Made by a program: the position numbers and the translations under genes. Below, piece by piece: positions 8,767 to 16,223 of a stretch of DNA of 64,000 nt; position 1 is the stretch's first letter; every line of letters starts with the position of its first letter. The notes beneath the pieces were generated by a model that was not told where the DNA came from, did no database searches, and saw nothing but the letters and a program-made list of their open reading frames with translations. This DNA comes from a virus (lineage: Duplodnaviria > Caudoviricetes). The stretch lies in IMG/VR virus record IMGVR_UViG_3300037418_002116, one strand, 5' to 3'.

Positions 8767-8795
8767 TTGACTCTGGTTTCCGGGTGTATTATCGT
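8767..8795 (+). promoter_or_regulatory. Possible sigma70-type promoter facing the gp3 3' end
   Basis: TTGACT-17-TATCGT. Confidence 0.4.
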
Positions 8796-8902
8796 CTGTC
8801 CTTATGAACATAGAGTCTTCTAATGAATCTATAATAACACAACTGGATAAGCCTTCGGCTATCGAACGTAGTTCGATTGTCTAGTGATTCATTAATGAAT
8901 CT

Positions 8903-9442
8903 TTATATAAACTCATACCAATCATATTTGAATCCGACTGTAGCTGACACAGTACCTTTCTCGGTTGTGTCCATATCGATTCCAGTCAAACTAATGGGCA
9001 TCATGTTACGGAACGTGATATTGATGTTTGGATTCGAAGAGTTCGTTAGAGAGAATAAAGTACCATCAGATGTTACATTGTAACGTTCTGTAACATTCAA
9101 TCTCTTTGCTTCAAAATCTTTGAACTGGTCTGTATTTTGTGGAGCGGTGATACCCACCATCCAATTAAATATTTCCTTGTAGTTTGTTAAATCTTCCGAT
9201 ACACGGAATGATAGAATCAAGTCCTCATAGTACAACTTAGTTGCACCAACGGAAAAATAGTTCAATGGATTGTGGATGACCTTTGGGTCAAAAGAAATTC
9301 CGGGTAGATTCGCACGGAAACAGAAAAATTCTACATTCTTGGCTTCATGAAGCACGAATTTGAATTTATCGACATAAAGCGGATTGACGTTTATGGGTAC
9401 AATCGGTGGACGTTCGATATCAGCCATTTTTTCTGTTGACAT
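8903..9442 (-). CDS. gp3: Tail completion / sheath stabiliser
   Basis: FFCFRANLPGIS, KLYYEDLILSFRVSEDLTNYKEIFNW, F.N..PISL.G. Confidence 0.9.
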   Translation of the reverse strand: MSTEKMADIERPPIVPINVNPLYVDKFKFVLHEAKNVEFFCFRANLPGISFDPKVIHNPLNYFSVGATKLYYEDLILSFRVSEDLTNYKEIFNWMVGITAPQNTDQFKDFEAKRLNVTERYNVTSDGTLFSLTNSSNPNINITFRNMMPISLTGIDMDTTEKGTVSATVGFKYDWYEFI

Positions 9443-9471
9443 TCCTAAAAAATTCGGTATGAGTGTGAATG

Positions 9472-9479
9472 TATTTATA
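9472..9479 (-). promoter_or_regulatory. T4-type late promoter
   Basis: TATAAATA 30 nt upstream of gp3. Confidence 0.8.
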
Positions 9480-9492
9480 AGGAAAGTGACCG

Positions 9493-9663
9493 ATGAAGAC
9501 CGGCGATACCGTTAAGGTTCTGACCTCCCTCACAATGCCCGACGAAAAGGGTAGAGTGAGGGAGATTACGAATCAGGGTCGTGTTGTTGTAGAATTCTCG
9601 GGAAGCCGGGTTGGTTTCTACACTTTAGGGCAGGACGAGTTCGAAATTATCGAATCAGCCTAA
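9493..9663 (+). CDS. Small KOW/SH3-like hypothetical protein (56 aa)
   Basis: Manual translation MKTGDTVKVL...KGRVREI...RVVVEF; below the ORF-track cutoff. Confidence 0.55.
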   Translation: MKTGDTVKVLTSLTMPDEKGRVREITNQGRVVVEFSGSRVGFYTLGQDEFEIIESA

Positions 9664-9670
9664 ATAGAAA

Positions 9671-9748
9671 GCCCATGTAGGCCAATCGGTTAGAGTCGGC
9701 GGACTTAAAATCCGTACAGTGTGGGTTCGAATCCCACCATGGGCACCA
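9671..9748 (+). tRNA. tRNA-Leu(UAA) with a short variable loop
   Basis: GCCCATG/CATGGGC acceptor, GCGGA-CTTAAAA-TCCGT anticodon arm, TTCGAAT T-loop, encoded CCA. Confidence 0.92.
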
Positions 9749-9762
9749 AAACAGGAATAGTT

Positions 9763-9978
9763 ATGAAAATATTCATTTCGTGCAAACATTCCGATATGCT
9801 GGATATGCAAATCGAGGATGAAGACGGGAACTTGATTTTGGAACACCAAGGTTATGGACCAAACATCGGTTCTTTATCTGGTGGAGATTATCTAAGTCTG
9901 GTGATCGATAACGACACTGGAAAAATAATCGATTGGAAACCAATTACCCAAGACGAAATTGAGAACTTCGATGAGTGA
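9763..9978 (+). CDS. Hypothetical protein
   Basis: ATG 9763 with AGGA SD (the track start at 9721 lies inside the tRNA). Confidence 0.65.
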   Translation: MKIFISCKHSDMLDMQIEDEDGNLILEHQGYGPNIGSLSGGDYLSLVIDNDTGKIIDWKPITQDEIENFDE

Positions 9979-10207
9979 TGAAGACGATTCACGTGACCAA
10001 CATCGCCGGAAAATGATGGCGTTTGTGGCCAGTGGTGACACGCCAGATGTGGACGGTCGCAATCTGGGTAACGCTCTCTACACGATGGGCGAACTTGGAT
10101 TGTTTGCAGATGACGTGGATTCGGTTTCGACCGAACAAGCCATTCGCATATATAAACTGATTTCGGCGGTCATGTTAAATGGCTTCCCGAACGATTTGAA
10201 AATGTAA
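9971..10207 (+). CDS. Hypothetical protein
   Basis: ORF overlapping the upstream stop. Confidence 0.6.
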   Translation: MSDEDDSRDQHRRKMMAFVASGDTPDVDGRNLGNALYTMGELGLFADDVDSVSTEQAIRIYKLISAVMLNGFPNDLKM

Positions 10208-10210
10208 TAA

Positions 10211-10287
10211 CGGCGGTTCGTACAGCGGCCTAGTACCCCCTGCTCATAACAGGTGCAACGCCGGTTCGAATCCGGCACCGCCAACCA
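10211..10287 (+). tRNA. tRNA with CAU anticodon (fMet-like acceptor end; Met versus Ile2 identity uncertain)
   Basis: CGGCGGT/ACCGCCA with a C1xA72 mismatch, GTAC/GTAC D-stem, CCCTG-CTCATAA-CAGGT, GCCGG-TTCGAAT-CCGGC, ACCA. Confidence 0.88.
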
Positions 10288-10289
10288 AA

Positions 10290-10385
10290 TTCCTCCGTTA
10301 CGGGCATGTACCGTCACTTGGAGTCCCCTATATTTCGCCGGTCGGATAGGGCACCGTTCAATTCGGGAAACGGAGGAGTCGACCA
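10290..10385 (+). ncRNA. tRNA-cluster structured RNA with a T-loop and CCA end
   Basis: TCCTCCGTT/AACGGAGGA closing stem, ACGG/CCGT and CCCTAT/ATAGGG arms, CCG-TTCAATT-CGG T-arm, 3' GTCGACCA. Confidence 0.65.
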
Positions 10386-10400
10386 TTCAACAAGGGAAAT

Positions 10401-10730
10401 ATGAACACATCTCCATGGGGGAATCCTGCCCCTATCGAAATTCAGGATGAAGCCGACACACCTTTTTATTTCGAAGTCGGCTCGGAAGATGATAAGTTTG
10501 ATTTTGTTTGCACTTCCGCTGATTTGAAAGATATGGTAATTGCGAGTGTGCTTCCATACATGGCGCTTTCGAAGCTTTCTGCCAGTGACATCCTCATTTT
10601 CACATATCGAGAAGAGATAGACGAAATCGCAATCAATCCGGAAATTCCGGCTGGTTATTTCCGTTTGTTTCACGTCGGTAGCAAAACAGACTTCAAAGAA
10701 TTCAAAATTCACGAAAAAAAGGTTGTATAA
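10401..10730 (+). CDS. Hypothetical protein
   Basis: 109-aa ORF with AAGGGA SD. Confidence 0.65.
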   Translation: MNTSPWGNPAPIEIQDEADTPFYFEVGSEDDKFDFVCTSADLKDMVIASVLPYMALSKLSASDILIFTYREEIDEIAINPEIPAGYFRLFHVGSKTDFKEFKIHEKKVV

Positions 10731-10921
10731 TGGAAAAAGTTGTGACATATAGAGAAATTGTGGTTGATGGGGAGACTCATTTGCCTACATATACAAGAAC
10801 CGTTTGGGAAGAGCCTTATTATGAACATGGCGATTCTTTTAACGGTCGTGCGCTACCGGTTCTGGTAGCAGCCGGTACGATTGCTGCATTGATTTCTTTG
10901 TTCCTCATTGCGGTTGTCTAA
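10730..10921 (+). CDS. Small protein with a C-terminal transmembrane segment
   Basis: 63 aa; hydrophobic C-terminus ALPVLVAAGTIAALISLFLIAVV. Confidence 0.6.
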   Translation: MEKVVTYREIVVDGETHLPTYTRTVWEEPYYEHGDSFNGRALPVLVAAGTIAALISLFLIAVV

Positions 10922-10926
10922 AATAT

Positions 10927-11003
10927 TGGAACGTAGCTTAGCCCGGTAAAGCCCTCAACTGATAATTGAGAGATCAGTGGTTCGAATCCACTCGTTCCAA
11001 CCA
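10927..11003 (+). tRNA. tRNA-Ile(GAU)
   Basis: TGGAACG/CGTTCCA acceptor (U1-A72), CTCAA-CTGATAA-TTGAG, AGTGG-TTCGAAT-CCACT, ACCA. Confidence 0.93.
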
Positions 11004-11022
11004 AACATTTAAATATCACTCA

Positions 11023-11051
11023 TTGACATTCCCATATAAGTCCAATATGTT
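11023..11051 (+). promoter_or_regulatory. Sigma70-type early promoter
   Basis: TTGACA-17-TATGTT. Confidence 0.6.
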
Positions 11052-11084
11052 TCGAAAAATTAACCGAAACCAAAGGATTCGCAT

Positions 11085-11900
11085 ATGGAAGCCGAAACGC
11101 TTATTGAGCCGGTCGATTATTTCGCAGATATAAAGAACAAGTTGATTGAAGCCAAGAAAGACGATCTGGCCAAGCAAGTCGGCGTTCTGCAATCACAAAT
11201 CCTTCTAGCGAAGGAAATCGGCCAAACTGCCTTCCTCCACAAATTGTCCTTTGCCTATAGGACAATCGAACGTGAAATTCAAGCCATCGCTGGCGGATGG
11301 AATCATTATGTCCTCGAAAAGGACATCAAAACTTTCATCGACAAGGTGACGCCAAAGCACTCCGTCAAAATCATCGAATTGGAACGGTTCCCACGGGCAA
11401 TTCCGGTCACTGTGCTGGAAAAAATTAAAGTCGCCCAAGCAGCGAAAATTTTCGATAATTTCGTTGTGGTATTCACCGATTTCACCGGCATGACGAATGA
11501 GACGGTGCAGACGGAAGCTGAAAAGGCCGTTGTCGCTCGAAACAAAGACCCGATTGTATTCGGCTATTTTACATCGCCGGAATCGGGCATCCGCTATGAC
11601 AAGTTCTATTTCATAGACGACTGGATCGATGAATATTGCGATCTTGACTATTCCAAGATGATCGAAAAAATGACCGCTCTTGGAATCCAAAATCCAGACA
11701 GAGAATTGGCCATCGATCCGATCATGGTTTCCAACATCGTGGAATCGGTCATGAACGATATGATTGAAAAGGCCAAGCCACGTTGGGACAGAGACAATGG
11801 TGGAGTGACCGTTGTGGAGCGTCCGGTTGCACAGAAGGTTTCATTCTTTCAGAAGGTGAAAAACTTCATCGTTGAGAACGGCAAAATTGGTGCTGACTGA
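11085..11900 (+). CDS. Phage hypothetical protein
   Basis: 271-aa ORF with AAGGA SD; no function recognised. Confidence 0.8.
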   Translation: MEAETLIEPVDYFADIKNKLIEAKKDDLAKQVGVLQSQILLAKEIGQTAFLHKLSFAYRTIEREIQAIAGGWNHYVLEKDIKTFIDKVTPKHSVKIIELERFPRAIPVTVLEKIKVAQAAKIFDNFVVVFTDFTGMTNETVQTEAEKAVVARNKDPIVFGYFTSPESGIRYDKFYFIDDWIDEYCDLDYSKMIEKMTALGIQNPDRELAIDPIMVSNIVESVMNDMIEKAKPRWDRDNGGVTVVERPVAQKVSFFQKVKNFIVENGKIGAD

Positions 11901-12394
11901 TGGCTGACAATCTCCCTAGCGAAATCGATCTTACATTGGGTCGGGAATTTTCAACGGATTTCCACGACAAATTTGAATCCGTGCGCCGGTATATCAATTT
12001 CGTCAAGGATGGCGGCGAATTTTGGGAATTCAACAACACCAGATTTCGTTCTTTGACACTAGAAGCCATCTATGGGGATTTTACGCCTCACCCGTGGACA
12101 GAGACAATTTTTCAGAAAGACATATGGAAAGCCGAGGAAGATCAAAACCAATGGCTTTCCACCTACAAAAAATTCTTTGGTTCTTTGCCAGCGTTAGCGC
12201 CGGGAGAGATGGCGGTCGAAGAAATCTATCATTACGAATTGTATGATGGAAACAATTGTGAATATTGCGATCGTCATATTGACTTGTTAAGAAAAAGCAA
12301 GTATCATGGAATGTGTAATTTCTGTTCAGAAGCAGAAGACTATAGACGAGTCGGCTTCTTTGCGGAAGCAGTGTCGGAATTTCCGCTGGAATAG
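11900..12394 (+). CDS. Hypothetical protein with a CxxC...CxxC zinc motif
   Basis: CEYCD...CNFC near the C-terminus. Confidence 0.7.
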   Translation: MADNLPSEIDLTLGREFSTDFHDKFESVRRYINFVKDGGEFWEFNNTRFRSLTLEAIYGDFTPHPWTETIFQKDIWKAEEDQNQWLSTYKKFFGSLPALAPGEMAVEEIYHYELYDGNNCEYCDRHIDLLRKSKYHGMCNFCSEAEDYRRVGFFAEAVSEFPLE

Positions 12395-12418
12395 CGTGAA
12401 TTAGGTAAGGACTATAGA

Positions 12419-12829
12419 ATGGTAAGAGACAAAGCAGCTTCGTTCACCAAACTGTGTGGCAAACGAACGGCCCAAATCGTTAAGGAAGTGAATACGTTTG
12501 GAAATCTTTCCAACCCCTACAATTATGCATTCACCAAAGAGGCTGTTGATAAAGCCTTCGCAGAAATCAAGGCGGCTGTTGCTGATGCGGAAGCAAGATT
12601 CGCAAAAGGTTTGAGGGACCAACCGCTTGTTGGGACCGGTCGTCGGAAACAGACGGCTGTAGCAGAAACCACACCTGTGCAAAAGCGTTCCGAGGAACCG
12701 TCCGGTTCATCTGAATTGGCTGAAACCACTGTGTCGCTGGTGGACGAAGCATCCAAACAAGCACAACGTGAAGAAATGGAACGTATCGAGAAGGAAGACG
12801 TACCCGCCTTTCTGAAAAAGAAAGCTTAA
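12419..12829 (+). CDS. Hypothetical protein
   Basis: 136-aa ORF (GNLSNPYNY motif) with AAGGA SD, followed by a terminator. Confidence 0.7.
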   Translation: MVRDKAASFTKLCGKRTAQIVKEVNTFGNLSNPYNYAFTKEAVDKAFAEIKAAVADAEARFAKGLRDQPLVGTGRRKQTAVAETTPVQKRSEEPSGSSELAETTVSLVDEASKQAQREEMERIEKEDVPAFLKKKA

Positions 12830-12868
12830 TGCACGACCACGCTATTTCTTAGATTCGCATACATTTCG

Positions 12869-12906
12869 AGGGGTTCACTGGCAAAAGCTGGTGAGCCCCT
12901 TTTTTT
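12869..12906 (+). terminator. Rho-independent terminator
   Basis: AGGGGTTCACTGGC-AAAA-GCTGGTGAGCCCCT-TTTTTT. Confidence 0.85.
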
Positions 12907-12948
12907 CATAAATAAAAGAATAATAACTCCAAATAAGGGAACCAATAT

Positions 12949-13686
12949 TTGTTCAAATTTATAAAGGTAATTGGGGTTATTGCCTCGATTGCTGTCCTCT
13001 CAACTGCTTGCATATCTTACAAATATCATCATAATTCAATTAGTATTGTGCAAAACGACACGAATACCGTGATGATTGGCAATAAAATGTCCAAAAAAAA
13101 TCCAAAGACAAATGAAATGGAAGAAGGAACCGCCGCTGGCGCTGGCGTTCTTATTGATTCCACACATGTTATAACCGTCATGCATTTGCTTGACGAAGAT
13201 GGTTCGGCACCAGATATCACCATCACTACAAAAGATGGCAGAGAAATCCATGCTACTGTTATCGATACCGATAAAATCAACGATTTGATGGTATTGAAAC
13301 TCGATTCCTCTGTATCTGTCGATGTAACCACTCGATTCTCTTGTGTCAAGCCTACAGAGCTTGGTCGTTCTATCTATACCATCGGCCAACCAAATGGTTG
13401 GGAAAGAATGGTGACATTTGGATGGCTTTCTGTAGTCCAAATTCCAGATGGAAAAGATCATCCACATATTCCACAATGGATTGCCAATTTGGCCGCATTT
13501 CACGGTAATTCTGGTGGAGGAACCTTTGACAACATCACCGGTGCTGTCATCGGCATCACAGATGCAATTGCCTACTGGCGTGATGAATTCGGAACACATC
13601 CCGGCCCACTCACGCTGATGGTCGATCCGGCTGCAATGTGCGGAATCATGGCCAAAAATAATATCGATTTTAAGAAATCGAAATAA
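12949..13686 (+). CDS. Trypsin-like serine protease with a lipoprotein signal
   Basis: Lipobox LSTAC; catalytic TVMH, D(LMVL) and GNSGGG; CATAAATA late-type promoter at 12907-12914. Confidence 0.85.
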   Translation: MFKFIKVIGVIASIAVLSTACISYKYHHNSISIVQNDTNTVMIGNKMSKKNPKTNEMEEGTAAGAGVLIDSTHVITVMHLLDEDGSAPDITITTKDGREIHATVIDTDKINDLMVLKLDSSVSVDVTTRFSCVKPTELGRSIYTIGQPNGWERMVTFGWLSVVQIPDGKDHPHIPQWIANLAAFHGNSGGGTFDNITGAVIGITDAIAYWRDEFGTHPGPLTLMVDPAAMCGIMAKNNIDFKKSK

Positions 13687-13698
13687 TTAAAATTTCTG

Positions 13699-13727
13699 TT
13701 GACTCCCTCCAAAGAGTGATCTATATA
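13699..13727 (+). promoter_or_regulatory. Sigma70-type early promoter
   Basis: TTGACT-17-TATATA (preceded by C, giving CTATAT). Confidence 0.75.
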
Positions 13728-13756
13728 TAGGTTAGGTTTTGAGAGGGAGTTAAGGA

Positions 13757-13948
13757 ATGTATCTCGCACCTGTGGTTGTTTCCAAAAACGAACACAATGT
13801 GTACAAGGTGGAATTCGAAACCGGTAATCGCCTTCGTTCTCTGGTCGATGACGGTTCGGATCGACTGAATCAGGCGGAAGCCCGCTCGCTGGTTCGCATT
13901 CTGGAAAACGCCGGTCACCAAGCTGTCTGGCTTGTGGAAGGCGAATAG
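13757..13948 (+). CDS. Hypothetical protein
   Basis: 63-aa ORF with a strong SD downstream of the promoter. Confidence 0.65.
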   Translation: MYLAPVVVSKNEHNVYKVEFETGNRLRSLVDDGSDRLNQAEARSLVRILENAGHQAVWLVEGE

Positions 13949-14027
13949 GACAAGGATTTCAACAATGACCAAGAAAGACCCACGTTTCTCCGTCGATTAA
14001 GCTGGTTTAGCTTAATGGAGAAACAAT

Positions 14028-14579
14028 ATGACCATCACTGTCAAAGCCTATAATGGACAGGCTTGGACCTTCGATTCTATTGACGACGCTGTTGTCAAGA
14101 TCAATCGTTCTTACCCTATCGAAAAGCTTTCCCGTGGCGTTCTTAGCTATTGGGTACAGTCGAACGTTTTTGGCCGTGGATTCAGCTTCGGCAATGGCGA
14201 CGATGTGGTTTTCTATGACGAATACGATCTTCGCATTCCTGTGTGGAAGGTCAAGGAAGCTTTCTATAACCTTCCCGAGGAAGTTCGGGAGACTAAATAT
14301 TATTACTGGCGCTCTCCGAAGGCTCATGCCAAGCCGGAACATTTTCGAAAATATTCTGTTCCGTACACTGGCGTCCGTCACTGGCGGCGTGGCGGTCGCC
14401 GTATTCGCACGTTGCAACAGTTGAAGGCCGAAGAAGCTTTGGCGTTGGATGAAGAGGCAATCGAACACAATGTCAAGCCCCGTAAAAAATATATCCCCAA
14501 TGATCGTGACGATCACATCGTCTATGTCCCTCGCACAAAAAACTGGAAAAAGTTTCGTAAAAGTCAATGGAAGGCTTGA
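14028..14579 (+). CDS. Hypothetical protein with a basic C-terminus (KNWKKFRKSQWK)
   Basis: 183 aa; GGAGA SD. Confidence 0.75.
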   Translation: MTITVKAYNGQAWTFDSIDDAVVKINRSYPIEKLSRGVLSYWVQSNVFGRGFSFGNGDDVVFYDEYDLRIPVWKVKEAFYNLPEEVRETKYYYWRSPKAHAKPEHFRKYSVPYTGVRHWRRGGRRIRTLQQLKAEEALALDEEAIEHNVKPRKKYIPNDRDDHIVYVPRTKNWKKFRKSQWKA

Positions 14580-14589
14580 CGGGAAAAAC

Positions 14590-14702
14590 GAATCCTTTAC
14601 AAGGGTTCTCGTCGGTGTTCCTTCCCCGCCACCCCCCGTGCCCGAGGGCACCGATGCAGTGACGTTAGTACCGTTGTTCAAACGATTGGAACACGTCACT
14701 GC
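14590..14702. other. GC-rich structured intergenic element
   Basis: Three hairpins including a perfect 10-bp GCAGTGACGT/ACGTCACTGC stem, plus a C-rich tract. Confidence 0.45.
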
Positions 14703-14721
14703 CCTGAATTCAAGGTGACTC

Positions 14722-14892
14722 ATGACGGATGTACAAATCGCTGAACTTCTGAAAACCAGAAAAGGTAGAATTTTCTTCTACATCTGGTATGCGATTGCAT
14801 TCGTGTATGAATACCGGTTGAGAATACTCTTGACTCTGGCTATGATAGTCAGTATCAGTGTGTTCTGTTATCTGTGTGAGAATTATTGGTGA
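14722..14892 (+). CDS. Small membrane peptide (56 aa)
   Basis: Manual translation MTDVQIAELL...ILLTLAMIVSISVFCYLCENYW. Confidence 0.5.
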   Translation: MTDVQIAELLKTRKGRIFFYIWYAIAFVYEYRLRILLTLAMIVSISVFCYLCENYW

Positions 14893-14993
14893 TGGGAGTA
14901 TTTAACACTATCATCAATTTTCTCAATGAACATTGGGTTTTGGCTTTCATCATTTGGGCATCGCTCTTATGGATAGCAAAACCTATCTGGTAA
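14892..14993 (+). CDS. Small membrane peptide (33 aa)
   Basis: TGATG coupling; MGVFNTIINFLNEHWVLAFIIWASLLWIAKPIW. Confidence 0.5.
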   Translation: MGVFNTIINFLNEHWVLAFIIWASLLWIAKPIW

Positions 14994-15106
14994 CCCGGCA
15001 TTTCTGAAACGATAGGAAATGCAACACGGTCGATTGGTTTTTGAGGGTACGCCCGGCCACCAAGAGATTACTAATTGATTCGTGAGGGGATAGAAAAGGT
15101 CGGGCA

Positions 15107-15310
15107 ATGAAATTTTCCATGCGCCATAAAATATTTGAGAATACGATTCGAGAATTTGACGAAAATACCGCACCAGATTGGTTGACGAGCAAGAATACGG
15201 TCAAAGGCTCGACTATGGATGATCGTTGGTTCTGGAATGAGCATGTTTTGACTTTGGAAATTGGTGAGACAGTTCACACCGACTTTCAGGAAATCACAAG
15301 AATCGAATGA
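15107..15310 (+). CDS. Hypothetical protein
   Basis: 67-aa ORF coupled to the next gene. Confidence 0.6.
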   Translation: MKFSMRHKIFENTIREFDENTAPDWLTSKNTVKGSTMDDRWFWNEHVLTLEIGETVHTDFQEITRIE

Positions 15311-15624
15311 CCTACAAGCTGTTTTTGGATGATGAACGAAATCCTGTCACACCTATTGATTGGAAAATTGCCCGGTCCTTCGAAGAAGCTTGTCGGCTTT
15401 TTGAAGAGTTCGGAGCGCCATCATTCATCAGCTTTGACCATGATCTTGGACAATCGCTTAGCGGTTTCGACTTCGCCAAATGGATTGTGGATAAGGATCA
15501 AGATCAAAACTTCCTGACAGAGGATTTCGATTATTACGTTCATTCCCAAAACCCTATTGGGAAACAGAACATCGAAGGACTCTTGAATTCTTATTTGAGG
15601 CAGAAGTTCGATGATAAATTTTGA
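15307..15624 (+). CDS. Cyclic-phosphate-processing receiver-like domain protein
   Basis: KLFLDDERNP...ISFDHDLG..SGFDFAKW...HSQNPIG pattern. Confidence 0.75.
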   Translation: MTYKLFLDDERNPVTPIDWKIARSFEEACRLFEEFGAPSFISFDHDLGQSLSGFDFAKWIVDKDQDQNFLTEDFDYYVHSQNPIGKQNIEGLLNSYLRQKFDDKF

Positions 15625-15778
15625 GAAGTGTAAGCCTGATTGCCCCGAATGCGGCGGCAATGGTTTTATTGGTGGAGATACGCAATCTCTATGGGCTTGT
15701 ACAATTGCAGTGAGGCGACATCGAAAAGCGATTGATGCCGAAATGAAAAAGGGAGCCCAAAAGCTCCCCAATTCTTAG
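15611..15778 (+). CDS. Small CxxCxGxG zinc-finger protein (55 aa)
   Basis: Manual translation MINFEKCKPDCPECGGNGF... Confidence 0.45.
   Translation: MINFEKCKPDCPECGGNGFIGGDTQSLWACTIAVRRHRKAIDAEMKKGAQKLPNS
15746..15768 (-). terminator. Terminator for the small lipoprotein gene
   Basis: Minus strand GGGAGC-TTTTGG-GCTCCC-TTTTT. Confidence 0.7.
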
Positions 15779-15906
15779 TTAGCTGGCTGTGAGCTATTGC
15801 CACCGGCATGGTCGCCAACGGCAGGAACATCAACTGGACCATTGCCACAAGCGGCAACAGATACACCAACGATTACAAGCATAATTGCTGCGATTACAGT
15901 TTTCAT
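15775..15906 (-). CDS. Small late lipoprotein (43 aa)
   Basis: MKTVIAAIMLVIVGVSVAAC-GNGPVDVPAVGDHAGGNSSQPAN; GAGGG SD; TATAAATA at 15955-15962; own terminator. Confidence 0.75.
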   Translation of the reverse strand: MKTVIAAIMLVIVGVSVAACGNGPVDVPAVGDHAGGNSSQPAN

Positions 15907-15983
15907 CTAAGTTTACCCTCTTTGGTTGTGTTGTGACGATCTATTCGTCTGTTCTATTTATAAAAAATGTTAAGCGAGAAAAT

Positions 15984-16223
15984 ATGACTTTGTATAGTGT
16001 TCTCATTCGTGCAACGAATGATCCCGATAAAGTAAAGCTTTTTGTCTTTGATTTTGAACCTTCAAAAGAAACTATAGAAAAAGCATTGGATGAATGCGAA
16101 CTGGTGTTTGGCAAAAATCTAACTGGCTATAGTTTTAGCGGTACACTAATTAAGCGTAGTGACACAGACGAACCGCCAGAGATTAAGTTCTTTGATGGTT
16201 TCAACAAGTTTAATCGATCTTGA
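15984..16223 (+). CDS. Hypothetical protein
   Basis: Likely ATG 15984 within track ORF 15885..16223. Confidence 0.5.
   Translation: MTLYSVLIRATNDPDKVKLFVFDFEPSKETIEKALDECELVFGKNLTGYSFSGTLIKRSDTDEPPEIKFFDGFNKFNRS

Noticed and set aside
10290-10385. Reading the CCA-ended RNA as tRNA-Sec or another real tRNA
   Set aside because: There is no 7-nt anticodon loop on a proper stem, the T-stem is only 3 bp, and the 3' overhang is 7-8 nt.
10253-10450. 65-aa ORF across the CAU tRNA and the following RNA
   Set aside because: It starts inside a tRNA gene; the region is better explained as RNA genes.
14007-14723. 238-aa minus-strand ORF
   Set aside because: It is antisense to the 14028 gene and the structured element, has no family signal, and opposes the local operon direction.
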